This document shows positions 8,740 to 19,531 of a DNA stretch of 64,000 bases, in pieces. Source of the DNA: a virus (lineage: Duplodnaviria > Caudoviricetes); the IMG/VR virus record IMGVR_UViG_3300029305_002894, positions 2,559-66,558 of that record; one strand, given 5' to 3'. The notes beneath the pieces are model-generated. The model searched no databases. It was not told the DNA's origin and was given only the letters and a program-made list of their open reading frames with translations. Both the position numbers and the translations under genes were made by a program. Position 1 is the first letter of the stretch, and each line of letters opens with the position of its first letter.

Positions 8740-9912
8740 ATGGCAGGAAAACCAATGGGAAAATCTAAGCCCATGAAAAAGATAGAAGATATTCCTAAAA
8801 AAGAAGAATTTTTATGCTATTGTTGTGGTGAAATTAAACCTCGCTCTAAGTTTTACACTTCTACAGATGCATTTAATTCTGTTGGGGTAATTTGTTATTG
8901 CAAAGACTGTTTGGAGAAGATTGCGAGAAATTATAATAATAATTACAAAGAATTCGGAGATGTCACTAAAACCTCTTTAATGGAGGCATGTGAGAGAATG
9001 GATGTGCCATATTTGGAACGAGTTTGGGAGGCTTCGGTTAACGAGGTTAACGATCCTAGTTTAAAAAAACCAAAGACAAATGTATGGGCAGCCTATGCTA
9101 AGAATATCAAACTGCATAATTATAACGGTTTGCGCTGGAGAGATGGGGATTTGTTTAAGAACAATGAGCAATCAAGCGTATCTACTGACGAGGATGTAAT
9201 TAAAAATCCAGATGTTTGGAACGAGTACCAAACTAACAAGAGAGATATTATACGACTTGTTGGCTACGATCCATTTCAAAATTATCCAGCAAAAGAAGAT
9301 TTACCAGTATTATATGCACAATTAATTAGTTTTATTGATGAAGAAACTAAAAATGATGGTATGAAGATGAATGCGGTTATACAAATCGTACAAGCATTCA
9401 ATCAAATACAAAAGATTAATGATGCAATTAATGTATTATCTTCAGATGTTACCAAATTAAATAGTAATAATGGCACAATCAAAGGGCACGCAGATACAAT
9501 TTCAAAGCTTCTTTCTGGTGCAAATGCATTAGCTAAGGATAATGGAATTTCTGTAAACTTTAATAATTCAAAATCCAAAGGACAAAACACTCTTACTGGG
9601 AAAATGAAAGAGTTAGATTTAATTGGATTTAGAGATGCAAAAATTAATATGTATGATATTGATTATTGCAAAGGTATGCAACAAGTAGCTGAAATAAGTG
9701 CAAAAGCACAAGTTGATCAAATTGGATTTGACGAAAATGTAATGAACGAAATATCAAATATTAGACGTGAACTTGTTGATGATTTGCAAAAACAAAGAGA
9801 TAAAGCCGTAGAACGAGCAAGATTACTACTTGTTGAAAACAAAGATTTAAAAGAATTTATAAAAGAAAAAGGATTAATTGACGAGTTTGGGAAGGTGATT
9901 GACAATGAGTGA
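8740..9912 (+). CDS. Zn-finger phage protein upstream of terminase (possible small terminase subunit)
   Basis: CYCCG and CKDC motifs, C-terminal coiled coil, overlaps TerL start; function inferred from position. Confidence 0.45.
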   Translation: MAGKPMGKSKPMKKIEDIPKKEEFLCYCCGEIKPRSKFYTSTDAFNSVGVICYCKDCLEKIARNYNNNYKEFGDVTKTSLMEACERMDVPYLERVWEASVNEVNDPSLKKPKTNVWAAYAKNIKLHNYNGLRWRDGDLFKNNEQSSVSTDEDVIKNPDVWNEYQTNKRDIIRLVGYDPFQNYPAKEDLPVLYAQLISFIDEETKNDGMKMNAVIQIVQAFNQIQKINDAINVLSSDVTKLNSNNGTIKGHADTISKLLSGANALAKDNGISVNFNNSKSKGQNTLTGKMKELDLIGFRDAKINMYDIDYCKGMQQVAEISAKAQVDQIGFDENVMNEISNIRRELVDDLQKQRDKAVERARLLLVENKDLKEFIKEKGLIDEFGKVIDNE

Positions 9913-11947
9913 TATTATCTTAACTGAACAACAAATAATTGAAAACTGTATAGAAGATTGTTTTGAGGGGTTTAAAGACTTATGTAAAGAACTTGGAGAT
10001 ATTTTTTATGAAGGTGGAATTTTCGTAAGACCAAACTTATATGATATGACTACAAAAAAATATCGTGAAAAATTAAATTTGGCAGAATTTTTACAATGGG
10101 GAAGAAGAAATCCTTCACGATTTATCGAGGAGGTTTTTGGTGTTCAATTAATGGACTATCAAAGATATCTTATTGATAGTTCTTGGAATAAACCATTTGT
10201 GGCTTGGGCAATGAGCCGTAACGGAGGGAAATCTGTACTCGCTGCATTGTTTATTATGGCAAAAATGCTACTTATTCCAGGGTTTAAAGCATACATACTT
10301 GCCGGAGTTGGCTCACAATCTATTGAATTGTTTACCAAGATGGAACAATTTGCTATGAAGAACATATCTTCTTTTACTAATTTAAATGACGTGTTCCAAA
10401 GCAATGTTGTTAAATCGCAAGCCAACTCAAGTGGTTGGGTACATAATCCAGCTTCATATACTGTAAGAACTTATGGTGGCTCACAGTGTTTTACATTGAA
10501 CGGTGCGTTCGATAATAATAGAAGTAAACGTTCAAATCTTAATGTATACGACGAAGCAATGAATGCCCCAGATGAACTGTTTCACACCTCTGAACCGTTT
10601 ACCACTCAGAACTCTGAGTTTAAAATGGGTAAAGATTTTAATGCAGAAGACTTAATGGCAGAACCAATTCCATTTCCAAACCAATTACTATATTGCTCAT
10701 CGGCAGGAAGAACCGATCAGTATTTCTTTAAAAAATATAGGGAATTTTCAATTCGTATGTTTGCTGGTGATAAACGTTATTTTTGTGCGGATATCTCTTG
10801 TGATGTGATTATTAACGCAACAGTGCATAACAAAATATGGCCAGTACCATTATTAACTCAAGAAAAAGTTGACCAAGCAATGCGTGAAGATAAAGAGGCG
10901 GCACTTCGAGAATATAAAAACATTTTTACTTCCGAAGGTGGAGATGGTCAAATTATCAAAAGGGCGACAATTATTAAAAACTCCGTTATTAGACCACCAA
11001 GGCTCAAAAATGATGGTGGTGATAGTAAGTGGGGTTTATTTTATGACCCTGCTCGTTCTAAAGATAACTCTGTTATTTTTATTCCAGAATATTATCAAGA
11101 TCCAGTAGTTGGTTGGAAAATGAGAATTCAAAATGTTGTTAACTTAATTAACATAGAAAAAAAACACAAAACACCAATGACAACTCCAAATCAAGTTAAA
11201 GAATTTAAAAAGTTGTTATTAGCATATAATGGTGAACAAGCTGCTGATTATGAAAATATAATTAGCATTGGTATAGATGCCGGTGCTGGTGGTGCAGGTG
11301 TTAACATTAGCGACTTCTTTTGGGAAGATTGGTTTGATGACAAAGGTGTTATGCACAGAGGTTTAATTGATAAGGAGTATAGCCCAGAGGAAGTTAAATT
11401 ATACCCTAATGCTATCACGGATAAAATGAGATTAATACAACCTTCCAAGTATAAGGTAGAAATGTTTAAAGCTCTGATTGAAATGACAGATATGAATCTT
11501 ATTGAATGGCCAGCAGAATATGATGGTCGTGGTTATTTAATGATGATGTACGAACATAATACAAAAACTGGAGTAAAAACACTAAGATATATAGAACCAA
11601 CAGAAAAAGAAGTAAAAGAACTTTCTAAAAAGGGAATTGAAATTGTTAGAGAGCCCTATCATCTTAATTCCGATGAAGAGGTTGCATTAAAACAAATTGA
11701 TGCAATGAAAAACGAACTTGTTAATATATATAGATTTAAACAAGCTAGTGGAAATGATAGGTTTGATTTGGCACCTGATAAGGTAAACAAAATGCACGAT
11801 GACCGTGCGTATGTTTGTGCAATGGGTGCTTGGGTATTACAGCAATTAAGAAGAGAACACTTGGTTACTCGTAAAAAACCTACATACAATATTATAGATA
11901 AACTGCCCGTAACACGGGCCAAACCAATAAATAAATTATTCGGATAA
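9899..11947 (+). CDS. terL: Terminase large subunit
   Basis: Walker A SRNGGKS, Walker B VYDEA, nuclease motifs YDPARSKDNS and HDDRAY; followed by portal. Confidence 0.9.
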   Translation: MTMSDIILTEQQIIENCIEDCFEGFKDLCKELGDIFYEGGIFVRPNLYDMTTKKYREKLNLAEFLQWGRRNPSRFIEEVFGVQLMDYQRYLIDSSWNKPFVAWAMSRNGGKSVLAALFIMAKMLLIPGFKAYILAGVGSQSIELFTKMEQFAMKNISSFTNLNDVFQSNVVKSQANSSGWVHNPASYTVRTYGGSQCFTLNGAFDNNRSKRSNLNVYDEAMNAPDELFHTSEPFTTQNSEFKMGKDFNAEDLMAEPIPFPNQLLYCSSAGRTDQYFFKKYREFSIRMFAGDKRYFCADISCDVIINATVHNKIWPVPLLTQEKVDQAMREDKEAALREYKNIFTSEGGDGQIIKRATIIKNSVIRPPRLKNDGGDSKWGLFYDPARSKDNSVIFIPEYYQDPVVGWKMRIQNVVNLINIEKKHKTPMTTPNQVKEFKKLLLAYNGEQAADYENIISIGIDAGAGGAGVNISDFFWEDWFDDKGVMHRGLIDKEYSPEEVKLYPNAITDKMRLIQPSKYKVEMFKALIEMTDMNLIEWPAEYDGRGYLMMMYEHNTKTGVKTLRYIEPTEKEVKELSKKGIEIVREPYHLNSDEEVALKQIDAMKNELVNIYRFKQASGNDRFDLAPDKVNKMHDDRAYVCAMGAWVLQQLRREHLVTRKKPTYNIIDKLPVTRAKPINKLFG

Positions 11948-11959
11948 GGAGGTGAGATA

Positions 11960-13468
11960 ATGGCTCAGCAAGAAAAAACAACTAAAGAAAAAATTGAATA
12001 TTTATCAAAGCAAGAGCAAGGAAAGGCTGCGTTTGCCGCACTAAAGGGTGCGTTACAGTTGATTAACCTTGAAAAGGGTAAAACAATTACTTCGAATATA
12101 TTCAACAAAGAGAATTTGCGTGCATATCTTCGTAATCCTGGTACTGAAAGTAACCAGAAGAATTTGCGTAAGTTAAGTAATTATCTTTACAACGTGTCTC
12201 ACGTCTATAGAAGAATGATAAACTACAAGGCAGAACAGATTACTTGTAAGTCTTGGACGGCATACCCTATTCTCGATTTGGCGCAAGAAGTTGATACCGA
12301 AACGCTAAAACAGGAGTACGGTAGAATTACTCGTATTGTAAATAATATGCATATGGAACAGCAGATTTTGAAAATAATGTTACGAGCATGGAAGAATGAT
12401 ATTTCTGTTGGCTACATTTATGGTGACCCAGAAGGAGATGGGAGTTTTTACATTCATCCTTTAGATTTGGATTATGTGCGTATATATAGTTCTTCATTTT
12501 ATCAAGGAGTGCTTGGTGTAGCGTTTGATATGAGCTATTTTAGAACATATCCAGATGATCTTGAGTACTACGATAAGGAGTTCCAAAAGCTATATAGACA
12601 ATATGAAAGTGACAATATTCGTTGGAAAGAGTTGCCTATTGAAAAAACAATATGTATTAAAATTAATATAGACAACTTAGACTTTCCACTTGTTCCATTT
12701 GCTTCGTTATTGGAAGAAATTATAAACCTTGAAGATTTACAAGCTGTCCAAAACGTTGTTGATGAACTTGGGGCATATAAGTTGCTTTGGGCAAAGATAG
12801 GAACGCTAAGTGGTACAAATCAACCTGATGACTTTGAAATTGATTTAGATTTGGCGGCAGACTTCTATAACAAACTATTAGATATTGTGCCAGACGGGGT
12901 TACATTAGGTATGTCTCCTATGGATTTGGAGTTGATAGATTTTGGTAAAAACTCGGCAGCAGATGATGTCAATACATTAAGTAAAGCGTATTCTTCATTG
13001 ATCGAAAGCAATGGTAGTATTGTGTTAAACTCTAATAGAATTACCAATAGTGAAAGCTTCAAAAAAGCGATGCTTGTAGAATGTCTTGATGCAATGAAGC
13101 CGGTCCAACAAATTAACGCATGGTTAAATTTGTATTTGCGTAATACATATAAGATTGAAAATTGGATGGTAGAATATAGTGATATATCGCCTTATTTTGT
13201 TGAGGATAGAATTAAACTACTAAAGGAAGCTGGTGGAATGTCATTACCAGTGAAACTTGAATACTATTCATTACTTGGTGGCAATCCGGCAAAAGAACGC
13301 GGTATGTCTGTGCTTGAAAAAGCATTGGGACTTGGAACTACCGAATGGAATCAACCTTTAGTTTCATCAAATACTCAATCGGGTAATGCATCTGACAAAG
13401 AAGGAGCCCCAATCAAAGACGGAGATGATTTGTCCGACGAAGGTGTGGCAACCAGAGATAAGAAATAA
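11960..13468 (+). CDS. Portal protein
   Basis: 502 aa directly after TerL; helical/beta pattern and acidic tail (PIKDGDDLSDEGVATRD) typical of portals. Confidence 0.75.
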   Translation: MAQQEKTTKEKIEYLSKQEQGKAAFAALKGALQLINLEKGKTITSNIFNKENLRAYLRNPGTESNQKNLRKLSNYLYNVSHVYRRMINYKAEQITCKSWTAYPILDLAQEVDTETLKQEYGRITRIVNNMHMEQQILKIMLRAWKNDISVGYIYGDPEGDGSFYIHPLDLDYVRIYSSSFYQGVLGVAFDMSYFRTYPDDLEYYDKEFQKLYRQYESDNIRWKELPIEKTICIKINIDNLDFPLVPFASLLEEIINLEDLQAVQNVVDELGAYKLLWAKIGTLSGTNQPDDFEIDLDLAADFYNKLLDIVPDGVTLGMSPMDLELIDFGKNSAADDVNTLSKAYSSLIESNGSIVLNSNRITNSESFKKAMLVECLDAMKPVQQINAWLNLYLRNTYKIENWMVEYSDISPYFVEDRIKLLKEAGGMSLPVKLEYYSLLGGNPAKERGMSVLEKALGLGTTEWNQPLVSSNTQSGNASDKEGAPIKDGDDLSDEGVATRDKK

Positions 13469-13482
13469 CAAGAGGTGATGTT

Positions 13483-13665
13483 ATGGAAAAGAAATTTATT
13501 GTAACAAAAGATGGCCAAGTTGCAACTAAGTTTATTGCGGCCGGACTACAGCTCGTCAGTGAAATCGCAGGTGTATACACATTTGTTAATAAAATACCTA
13601 AAAATTTTACATTCGACGAGATAGATAAGACAAAATATTGTTTTACCAATAAACTACATTTGTAA
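13483..13665 (+). CDS. Small hypothetical protein
   Basis: 60 aa with RBS GAGGTG between portal and protease/scaffold. Confidence 0.55.
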   Translation: MEKKFIVTKDGQVATKFIAAGLQLVSEIAGVYTFVNKIPKNFTFDEIDKTKYCFTNKLHL

Positions 13666-13717
13666 TCTCCTTTTGGAGTTTTACATAAACAAAACTAAAA
13701 AAAGGAGGTGGAGATAA

Positions 13718-15382
13718 ATGCCAAAGAAAATTTTAACGCTTGATAATTTATATCAGTTCTTTGTACAACAAAACCAAGCAGTGAATTTTAGTGCAAAAGA
13801 ATCTGGCAAACCTATTGTGGTTTCTGTGCCTGGCAGTTTCGAATTAACCAAAGATGATATGCCTGGTATGTTGCAAACAAAGATTAAAGTTTGCCATACG
13901 GAACTAAACAGAAATGGTTCTTTTATATCTGAAGAAAACATGTTGAAAGCAATGCCAACATTGAAATATAGACCGATTCTCGCGTACATTCACCAACTTA
14001 AAGATGGTACATGGGATTTTTATGCTCACAACATTGAAATTGTAGAAAACGAAAATGGCGAAGAAGATATTGTTTATATTGAAAATCAAGTTGGTTGCTT
14101 TACAGCAGATGAACCATACTTAGAATATGATGCAGAACAAGATAAAACTTATGTTATGGCTAACGCAGTTATTCCAGAAGAGTACACAAAAGCCGCAGAT
14201 ATTATTCGTAGAAAGAATGGCACCAAGGTAAGCTGTGAGTTGGTGATTAACGAACTTTCTTACAATGCTAAAGAAAAATATCTTGATTTAACTGATTTTA
14301 TATTCGGCGGTTGTACTCTACTTGGTTGCGACGACGAAGGTAACGAAATCGGAGAGGGAATGTTGGGCGCGAGACTTGACATCACAGATTTCTGCCACAA
14401 AGAGCCTACATTTAATTATCAAAACAAATTGATTGAAATACTTGAAAAGCTTGATTTTACGCTTTCAAGTTTCAATGATAAAAATTTAAATAAAGGAGGA
14501 GGAGAAGCTGTGAATAAGTTTGAAGAATTGTTACAAAAGTATAACAAGGCTACTGAAGATATCACTTTTGAAATCGAAGGGTTATCTGACGAAGAACTTG
14601 AAGCAAAATTCGAAGAAATTTTCGGTGAAGCTACTGAACCAGTTACAGAAGATCCTGCCACAGAAGGAGCTCCTGCTTCTGAGGGTGACGAGGGTGATCC
14701 TGTTGCTGAACCAACTTCCGACCCAGTTGTCGAAGAATCTGTGGTTGCAGAACCAGTTGTTGAAAATGCAAAGTTTATAAAGACTTTTACAATTGAATTA
14801 AGCCATGAAGATATTCATACGGCCTTGTATAATTTAATTGCACAATACGAAGAAACAGATAATTGCTGGTACTTTATTCGTGAAGTTTTTGATGATTATT
14901 TTTATATGCAAAGTTGGTCTGTGAACAAATTATACAAACAAAGCTACAAAGTTGATGGCGAAAACGTATCACTTGAAGGTGACAGACAAGAAGTATTTGA
15001 AATTATAGTTACAGAATCTGAAAAACTTGCTATTGAAAAACTTCGTAAAGACTATTCTGCACTTGAGGTTAAATACAACGAGCTTGCAGAATTTAAAGCC
15101 AACTATGATGCCGCTCAACTTAAGGCCGAAAAAGAAGCTATTCTTAATAAAGAAGAATATGCTTGCTTGGCTGAAAATGAAGCGTTCAAGAAGTTGGTTG
15201 ATGAAGCCGATAAATATTCAGTTGAAGAACTTTCTGTTAAAGCTGACTTGGTGCTCGCCGCTTATGCGAAAGCTACATTCTCTGCTAATAAAGTGGAAGA
15301 TGAAAAGCAAACTGCTATGAAGTTTAGCATTAAGAGTAATGATAAGGCTAAGAAAAAGGTTTATGGCGATTTATTTGATTAA
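13718..15382 (+). CDS. Prohead protease-scaffold fusion (YonD-like)
   Basis: N-terminal CHTELNRNGS and KVSCEL (His/Ser) segments, acidic Pro-rich linker, coiled-coil C-terminus; position before capsid genes. Confidence 0.6.
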   Translation: MPKKILTLDNLYQFFVQQNQAVNFSAKESGKPIVVSVPGSFELTKDDMPGMLQTKIKVCHTELNRNGSFISEENMLKAMPTLKYRPILAYIHQLKDGTWDFYAHNIEIVENENGEEDIVYIENQVGCFTADEPYLEYDAEQDKTYVMANAVIPEEYTKAADIIRRKNGTKVSCELVINELSYNAKEKYLDLTDFIFGGCTLLGCDDEGNEIGEGMLGARLDITDFCHKEPTFNYQNKLIEILEKLDFTLSSFNDKNLNKGGGEAVNKFEELLQKYNKATEDITFEIEGLSDEELEAKFEEIFGEATEPVTEDPATEGAPASEGDEGDPVAEPTSDPVVEESVVAEPVVENAKFIKTFTIELSHEDIHTALYNLIAQYEETDNCWYFIREVFDDYFYMQSWSVNKLYKQSYKVDGENVSLEGDRQEVFEIIVTESEKLAIEKLRKDYSALEVKYNELAEFKANYDAAQLKAEKEAILNKEEYACLAENEAFKKLVDEADKYSVEELSVKADLVLAAYAKATFSANKVEDEKQTAMKFSIKSNDKAKKKVYGDLFD

Positions 15383-15415
15383 ACCAAATAGTGATATAAA
15401 TCACGAAAATTAAAT

Positions 15416-15438
15416 AGAGCCCTTAAGGGTTCTTTTTT
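15416..15438 (+). terminator. Intrinsic terminator
   Basis: AGAGCCC-TTAA-GGGTTCT followed by TTTTT. Confidence 0.6.
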
Positions 15439-15486
15439 AATACAAAAAATAAAAAAATTATAATTAAAATTTAGGAGGAAAAAATT

Positions 15487-15963
15487 ATGGCTCAAGATAT
15501 CATGAATAAACACTATGTTGCTGAAATTTCTAGAGTAGCAGCTGTGTATGGTACTGGACACATCCTTTCTGTTGAAATGGATGAAAATCGTGATAATGGT
15601 TCACTCGTTGCTATTGATGCATACAAAGGTGGCGAATATTACGGTGTAAAACCTTTTGCTGGCACACTTAACGCAAAGGTTATTGAAGTTGTTTATAATA
15701 GCAACTTAACTATGGTTCGTTTCGAACTTCAAGAAGATTGTGATGCTTATTTCATTCACAACCCTGAAACTATGCCTAACGATTTCTTAAAATCATATAA
15801 AGAAAGACATTGTTTCTATAACGCAAAAGGTGACCGCGTTAGAGCTTATCCTATGGTTAAGCATGATGTGTTTGCTGTTTCTGCGGACGCATTTGGTGAT
15901 ACAGTTCCTACTGTTGGACAATCTGTTACTTGGACAGATGGCACTGGTTACGTGGCTGAGTAA
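15487..15963 (+). CDS. Capsid-associated (decoration/cement-like) protein
   Basis: 158 aa, beta-rich, strong RBS AGGAGG, immediately before the major capsid gene. Confidence 0.5.
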   Translation: MAQDIMNKHYVAEISRVAAVYGTGHILSVEMDENRDNGSLVAIDAYKGGEYYGVKPFAGTLNAKVIEVVYNSNLTMVRFELQEDCDAYFIHNPETMPNDFLKSYKERHCFYNAKGDRVRAYPMVKHDVFAVSADAFGDTVPTVGQSVTWTDGTGYVAE

Positions 15964-15986
15964 TTTTATAAGGAGGATAAAGAATT

Positions 15987-17096
15987 ATGGCTAATTTTAT
16001 GAGATTTGATAGCACTGCAAAGTGTGCATTTAATAACGAACCTGAACAATTTGCTAACTTCCAAAAATTATTGACTGATGCAGCAAAGAAAAATGTTCAA
16101 GATTATTCTAAAGAAGAAGTAAAATCTAAAATTATTGAAAAGTTTAGAGCTGCCTTAGGTATTGAACCTACTGATAAGCCTAGTCAAGTTAAAAGAGCTG
16201 TTAGAGCAAACAGACAGCTTGTTTATGCTTTGATTGAAGAAACTATTGATGAAATGATTCATACTGGTTGGACCGAAGGTAACAAATTCTTCGACCAATT
16301 TGTTGAATACAAAAACCTTGCTTTGGATGACGAAAATGAGTTCTATGTAGAAGACGACTCTATTTTGAGTGTATCTAAAGTTTCAGGTAATCATCACAAC
16401 ATGATTCGCCAAAAGCTCGGAGCAGGTACACGCTTCTCTGTAGCTGGCGAATGGTACGGAATCAAAATTTATGAAGATTTTGAACGTCTTTTAACTGGTG
16501 CGGTTGAATGGAGCACTTTCGTTATGAAAGTTACTGATGCAATCAATCGTTACCTTTATGATGCCCTTTATGCAGCTCTTAGAGGTGCTAAAGACAGCCT
16601 TGGTGCTAACTGGGTTAAAAGTGCATCTCTTGAAACAGCTAACAAAGCAACTCTTGTTAAACTTTGTCAAGATATCGAAATGGCTACGGGTAGCCCTGTA
16701 ACAATTTTTGGTGCACGTTCAGCTTTGTCTGCTTTAACAGCTATGTCTGATGTTAATTGGATTTCTGAAGCAATGAAAAACGAATATCATCAAAACGGCG
16801 GTATTTTAGGTAACTGGGAAGGATTTACGGTTGCAGAAATTGGTCAAGGCCTTAAGAGAGGTGCTGGTATCAATAGTGCTTCTGTTGAATATCAACTTGA
16901 TACGGACAGATTGTATATCATTCCTACCGGTGTTAACCAAAAATTCATCAAGGTTGTTAACTATGGTGAAACCCAAGTTGACCAAGTAGCTGATAATAGC
17001 ACCAACAGAGATGGCTCACACGAATACGAAGTGCTCTATAAAATGGGTATCAACGTTATTCTTAACACGGTATTTGGTGTTTGGGAAATTATCTAA
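15987..17096 (+). CDS. Major capsid protein (HK97-like fold inferred)
   Basis: 369 aa after protease and decoration genes; strong RBS AAGGAGG; biased codon usage. Confidence 0.8.
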   Translation: MANFMRFDSTAKCAFNNEPEQFANFQKLLTDAAKKNVQDYSKEEVKSKIIEKFRAALGIEPTDKPSQVKRAVRANRQLVYALIEETIDEMIHTGWTEGNKFFDQFVEYKNLALDDENEFYVEDDSILSVSKVSGNHHNMIRQKLGAGTRFSVAGEWYGIKIYEDFERLLTGAVEWSTFVMKVTDAINRYLYDALYAALRGAKDSLGANWVKSASLETANKATLVKLCQDIEMATGSPVTIFGARSALSALTAMSDVNWISEAMKNEYHQNGGILGNWEGFTVAEIGQGLKRGAGINSASVEYQLDTDRLYIIPTGVNQKFIKVVNYGETQVDQVADNSTNRDGSHEYEVLYKMGINVILNTVFGVWEII

Positions 17097-17130
17097 TTTA
17101 AAACAATAAGGAATAAAAGGAGAAAATAGT

Positions 17131-17700
17131 ATGGCAGATACAAAAACTAAAGCATCTGTAGAAGATGCTATCGAAGAAACCGTTAAAGAAGAAACTGTTG
17201 AAGAAGTTGTTGTTAAAGAAGTTAAATCTACTCAGAAAAAGATTAATAAACCTAAGCATGATTCCGGCGAATTAGTACCTTGTAGAAGTGTACGTTTTGG
17301 TGAATTAAGATTAATTGGACCCAAAACTCGTATGCCTTACAGCTGGGCCAACGAAGGTGATGTGAGAGAAGTTGAATATCAAGATCTTTTATCTTGGAAA
17401 GCTTTGGGTTCTAAATATCTATACGAACCAATGATTATCATTGAAGACGAGGATATTTGCGAAGAATGGAAAGCAGACTTTGGTAAATTGTATGATGATT
17501 TACAACAAATAGATTTAAAAGCATTATTTAAACTTCCACTTGGTCGTTTTAAGGCACAGTTGCAAAAATTGCCTACGGGTATGAAATCTACTGTTCAAAA
17601 CATGGCATATGCAATGATTCAAGATGGAACGCTTGACAGTTTGTCTATGATTAAAGCAATTGACGAAATTCTTGGTACGGAACTTAAAATGCTTATCTAA
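17131..17700 (+). CDS. Conserved head-module protein (YonA-like)
   Basis: 189 aa, low-complexity N-terminus then VPCRSVRFGEL domain; position after the capsid gene. Confidence 0.45.
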   Translation: MADTKTKASVEDAIEETVKEETVEEVVVKEVKSTQKKINKPKHDSGELVPCRSVRFGELRLIGPKTRMPYSWANEGDVREVEYQDLLSWKALGSKYLYEPMIIIEDEDICEEWKADFGKLYDDLQQIDLKALFKLPLGRFKAQLQKLPTGMKSTVQNMAYAMIQDGTLDSLSMIKAIDEILGTELKMLI

Positions 17701-17714
17701 GGAGGCACACACCA

Positions 17715-18146
17715 ATGACCTCTTATGCTGAAATTTTTAATTTAGCTTTATCGGAAATTACCGATCCTTCTCTGGCACAATGGCCGGAGGAGGATCTTTC
17801 CAATGAGTTGTATAAGTGGTTGCAAAAAGCAATCGGTAAATTGCCACAGATTCGTTCTGAGGTAGTTGAACGCGACGATTTTAAGCCCGCAAACGCCGAT
17901 ACTCTTGGTTTTGCGAACGATTTGTCGGATACCGTAAAAACAGTACTTGCGTTGGGAATTACTAGAGAATGGCTTAGACCTCAAATTTCATCTACGCTTA
18001 ATACTTGGCGGCAGTTTTCAAAGAAAGAAGGTTATTCGCAGGCGGAACACTTAAAGCAACTTATGGCACTTGATGAAAAGTACAAACTCGAAATCAAGAA
18101 ATTGCTTCGTGACAACACATATGTTAATAACGAATATTTTGATTAA
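17715..18146 (+). CDS. Putative head-tail adaptor
   Basis: 143 aa helical protein; FSKKEGYSQAEHLKQL segment; neck-gene position. Confidence 0.5.
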   Translation: MTSYAEIFNLALSEITDPSLAQWPEEDLSNELYKWLQKAIGKLPQIRSEVVERDDFKPANADTLGFANDLSDTVKTVLALGITREWLRPQISSTLNTWRQFSKKEGYSQAEHLKQLMALDEKYKLEIKKLLRDNTYVNNEYFD

Positions 18147-18149
18147 GGG

Positions 18150-18461
18150 GTGTTTACTATGGAAAATAATTATACAAACATCCCATTAAATCAAATTGAA
18201 AAACAAAAACGTCATTTTTATGGAGCAATCATCAATATACTTCACATTCATGATGCTGACAGCCCATTTGTGGACGCAACTATACAAACAGTTATTAATG
18301 AAATATTGGGTTCAAATAAACTATTTGGGTATCAAGCCGAAGTACTTACCATTGTAAGTAATCTTGAAACGGCGAGAGAGTGCCCAGAGCAGTTTCGTAA
18401 ATGTATTCTTGATGCTGCCAATATGGTAGATAAACTCAAAGGCGGTGATTTTAATGTATGA
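18150..18461 (+). CDS. Hypothetical neck-region protein
   Basis: 103 aa ORF tightly packed between neck genes. Confidence 0.5.
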   Translation: MFTMENNYTNIPLNQIEKQKRHFYGAIINILHIHDADSPFVDATIQTVINEILGSNKLFGYQAEVLTIVSNLETARECPEQFRKCILDAANMVDKLKGGDFNV

Positions 18462-19530
18462 AGAGTTTCGTAATAGGATGAGCCGAAGAGGAAGTTTTAT
18501 GGGCGAAACTATGCGTATACAATCTGATGCAGTTGTTAATGCAACTTGGTTAAATTCTGTGGCGGCACGCCGTGTACAAGTCAAATGGTTAAATCGTGGT
18601 TTACCGCTTGAGTACAAAAGCCCTGATGAGTTTGAAGACCCTATAGATGCACATTTTGAGTCAAAGAGTGCATACAGTCTTAACAGTGGTGAATCTCCTT
18701 ACTATTTAACATTCCGTCCAGGCGAGTTGAAGAGACATCCTGAAATTAAAGTTGGCGCGTATGTAAGTATTCCAAATACGGACAATATTCCAGAATGGTG
18801 GATGATTGTTTTCATTGAAGATGATAACGAACTTAAAAAGTTACAAATACTAAAATGTAATTGGACTTTCGGTTGGGTTGTAGATGGAAAGATTTATCAC
18901 CACCTTGGCGTACTTCGTCATGGTAGTTCTACCAGAGAGGCTGATGAAAATGCATACACAACCGTGGTTAATGGCAATGGGATAATATGGATGGCAACAA
19001 ACACTGATACTCAAACCATTAGACCTGGACAACGACTTTTGATTTCGGACGAAGGTCGTATGCCCCCGCTTTGCTATAATGTGGCTACAATTACTGATAC
19101 AATGCCCATTGGCGTTACAAAATTTGTAATTTCACAAGGCACATTTGATGCAGTCCATGATAACGCAGAGCTTATGCTTGCTAATTATTATGATAGTAAT
19201 GTAGAGCCCGAAGAGAGCGAATCTGATACAGAAATTCTTGGTACGGCAATCATTACTTACAATGGTACGCAACCTACTATTAAAGTAGGAGGCTCATACA
19301 AGGTCTTTACGGCTTCATTTAGCGACGAAAATATTGTGGTCGATAAATGGCTCGTCAGCGATGAAAACGGCGATATTTCGACCGATACAAGCAATTATAC
19401 AATTGAATATTTAGATAAACAAATGAAACTTAAGATAGCACTTAATTATGAATTGATAGGAAAGGTGCTCATCGTTCAAGTGATTGGCAGTGACGGTAGT
19501 ACTGCCGAAATCAGAGTGGAGGTGGTATAA
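18454..19530 (+). CDS. Putative head-closure/joining protein with C-terminal Ig-like domain
   Basis: Likely ATG at 18454 in the 18445 frame; beta-rich N-terminal part; IKVGGSYKVFTA Ig-like C-terminus. Confidence 0.45.
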   Translation: MYEEFRNRMSRRGSFMGETMRIQSDAVVNATWLNSVAARRVQVKWLNRGLPLEYKSPDEFEDPIDAHFESKSAYSLNSGESPYYLTFRPGELKRHPEIKVGAYVSIPNTDNIPEWWMIVFIEDDNELKKLQILKCNWTFGWVVDGKIYHHLGVLRHGSSTREADENAYTTVVNGNGIIWMATNTDTQTIRPGQRLLISDEGRMPPLCYNVATITDTMPIGVTKFVISQGTFDAVHDNAELMLANYYDSNVEPEESESDTEILGTAIITYNGTQPTIKVGGSYKVFTASFSDENIVVDKWLVSDENGDISTDTSNYTIEYLDKQMKLKIALNYELIGKVLIVQVIGSDGSTAEIRVEVV

Positions 19531-19531
19531 A

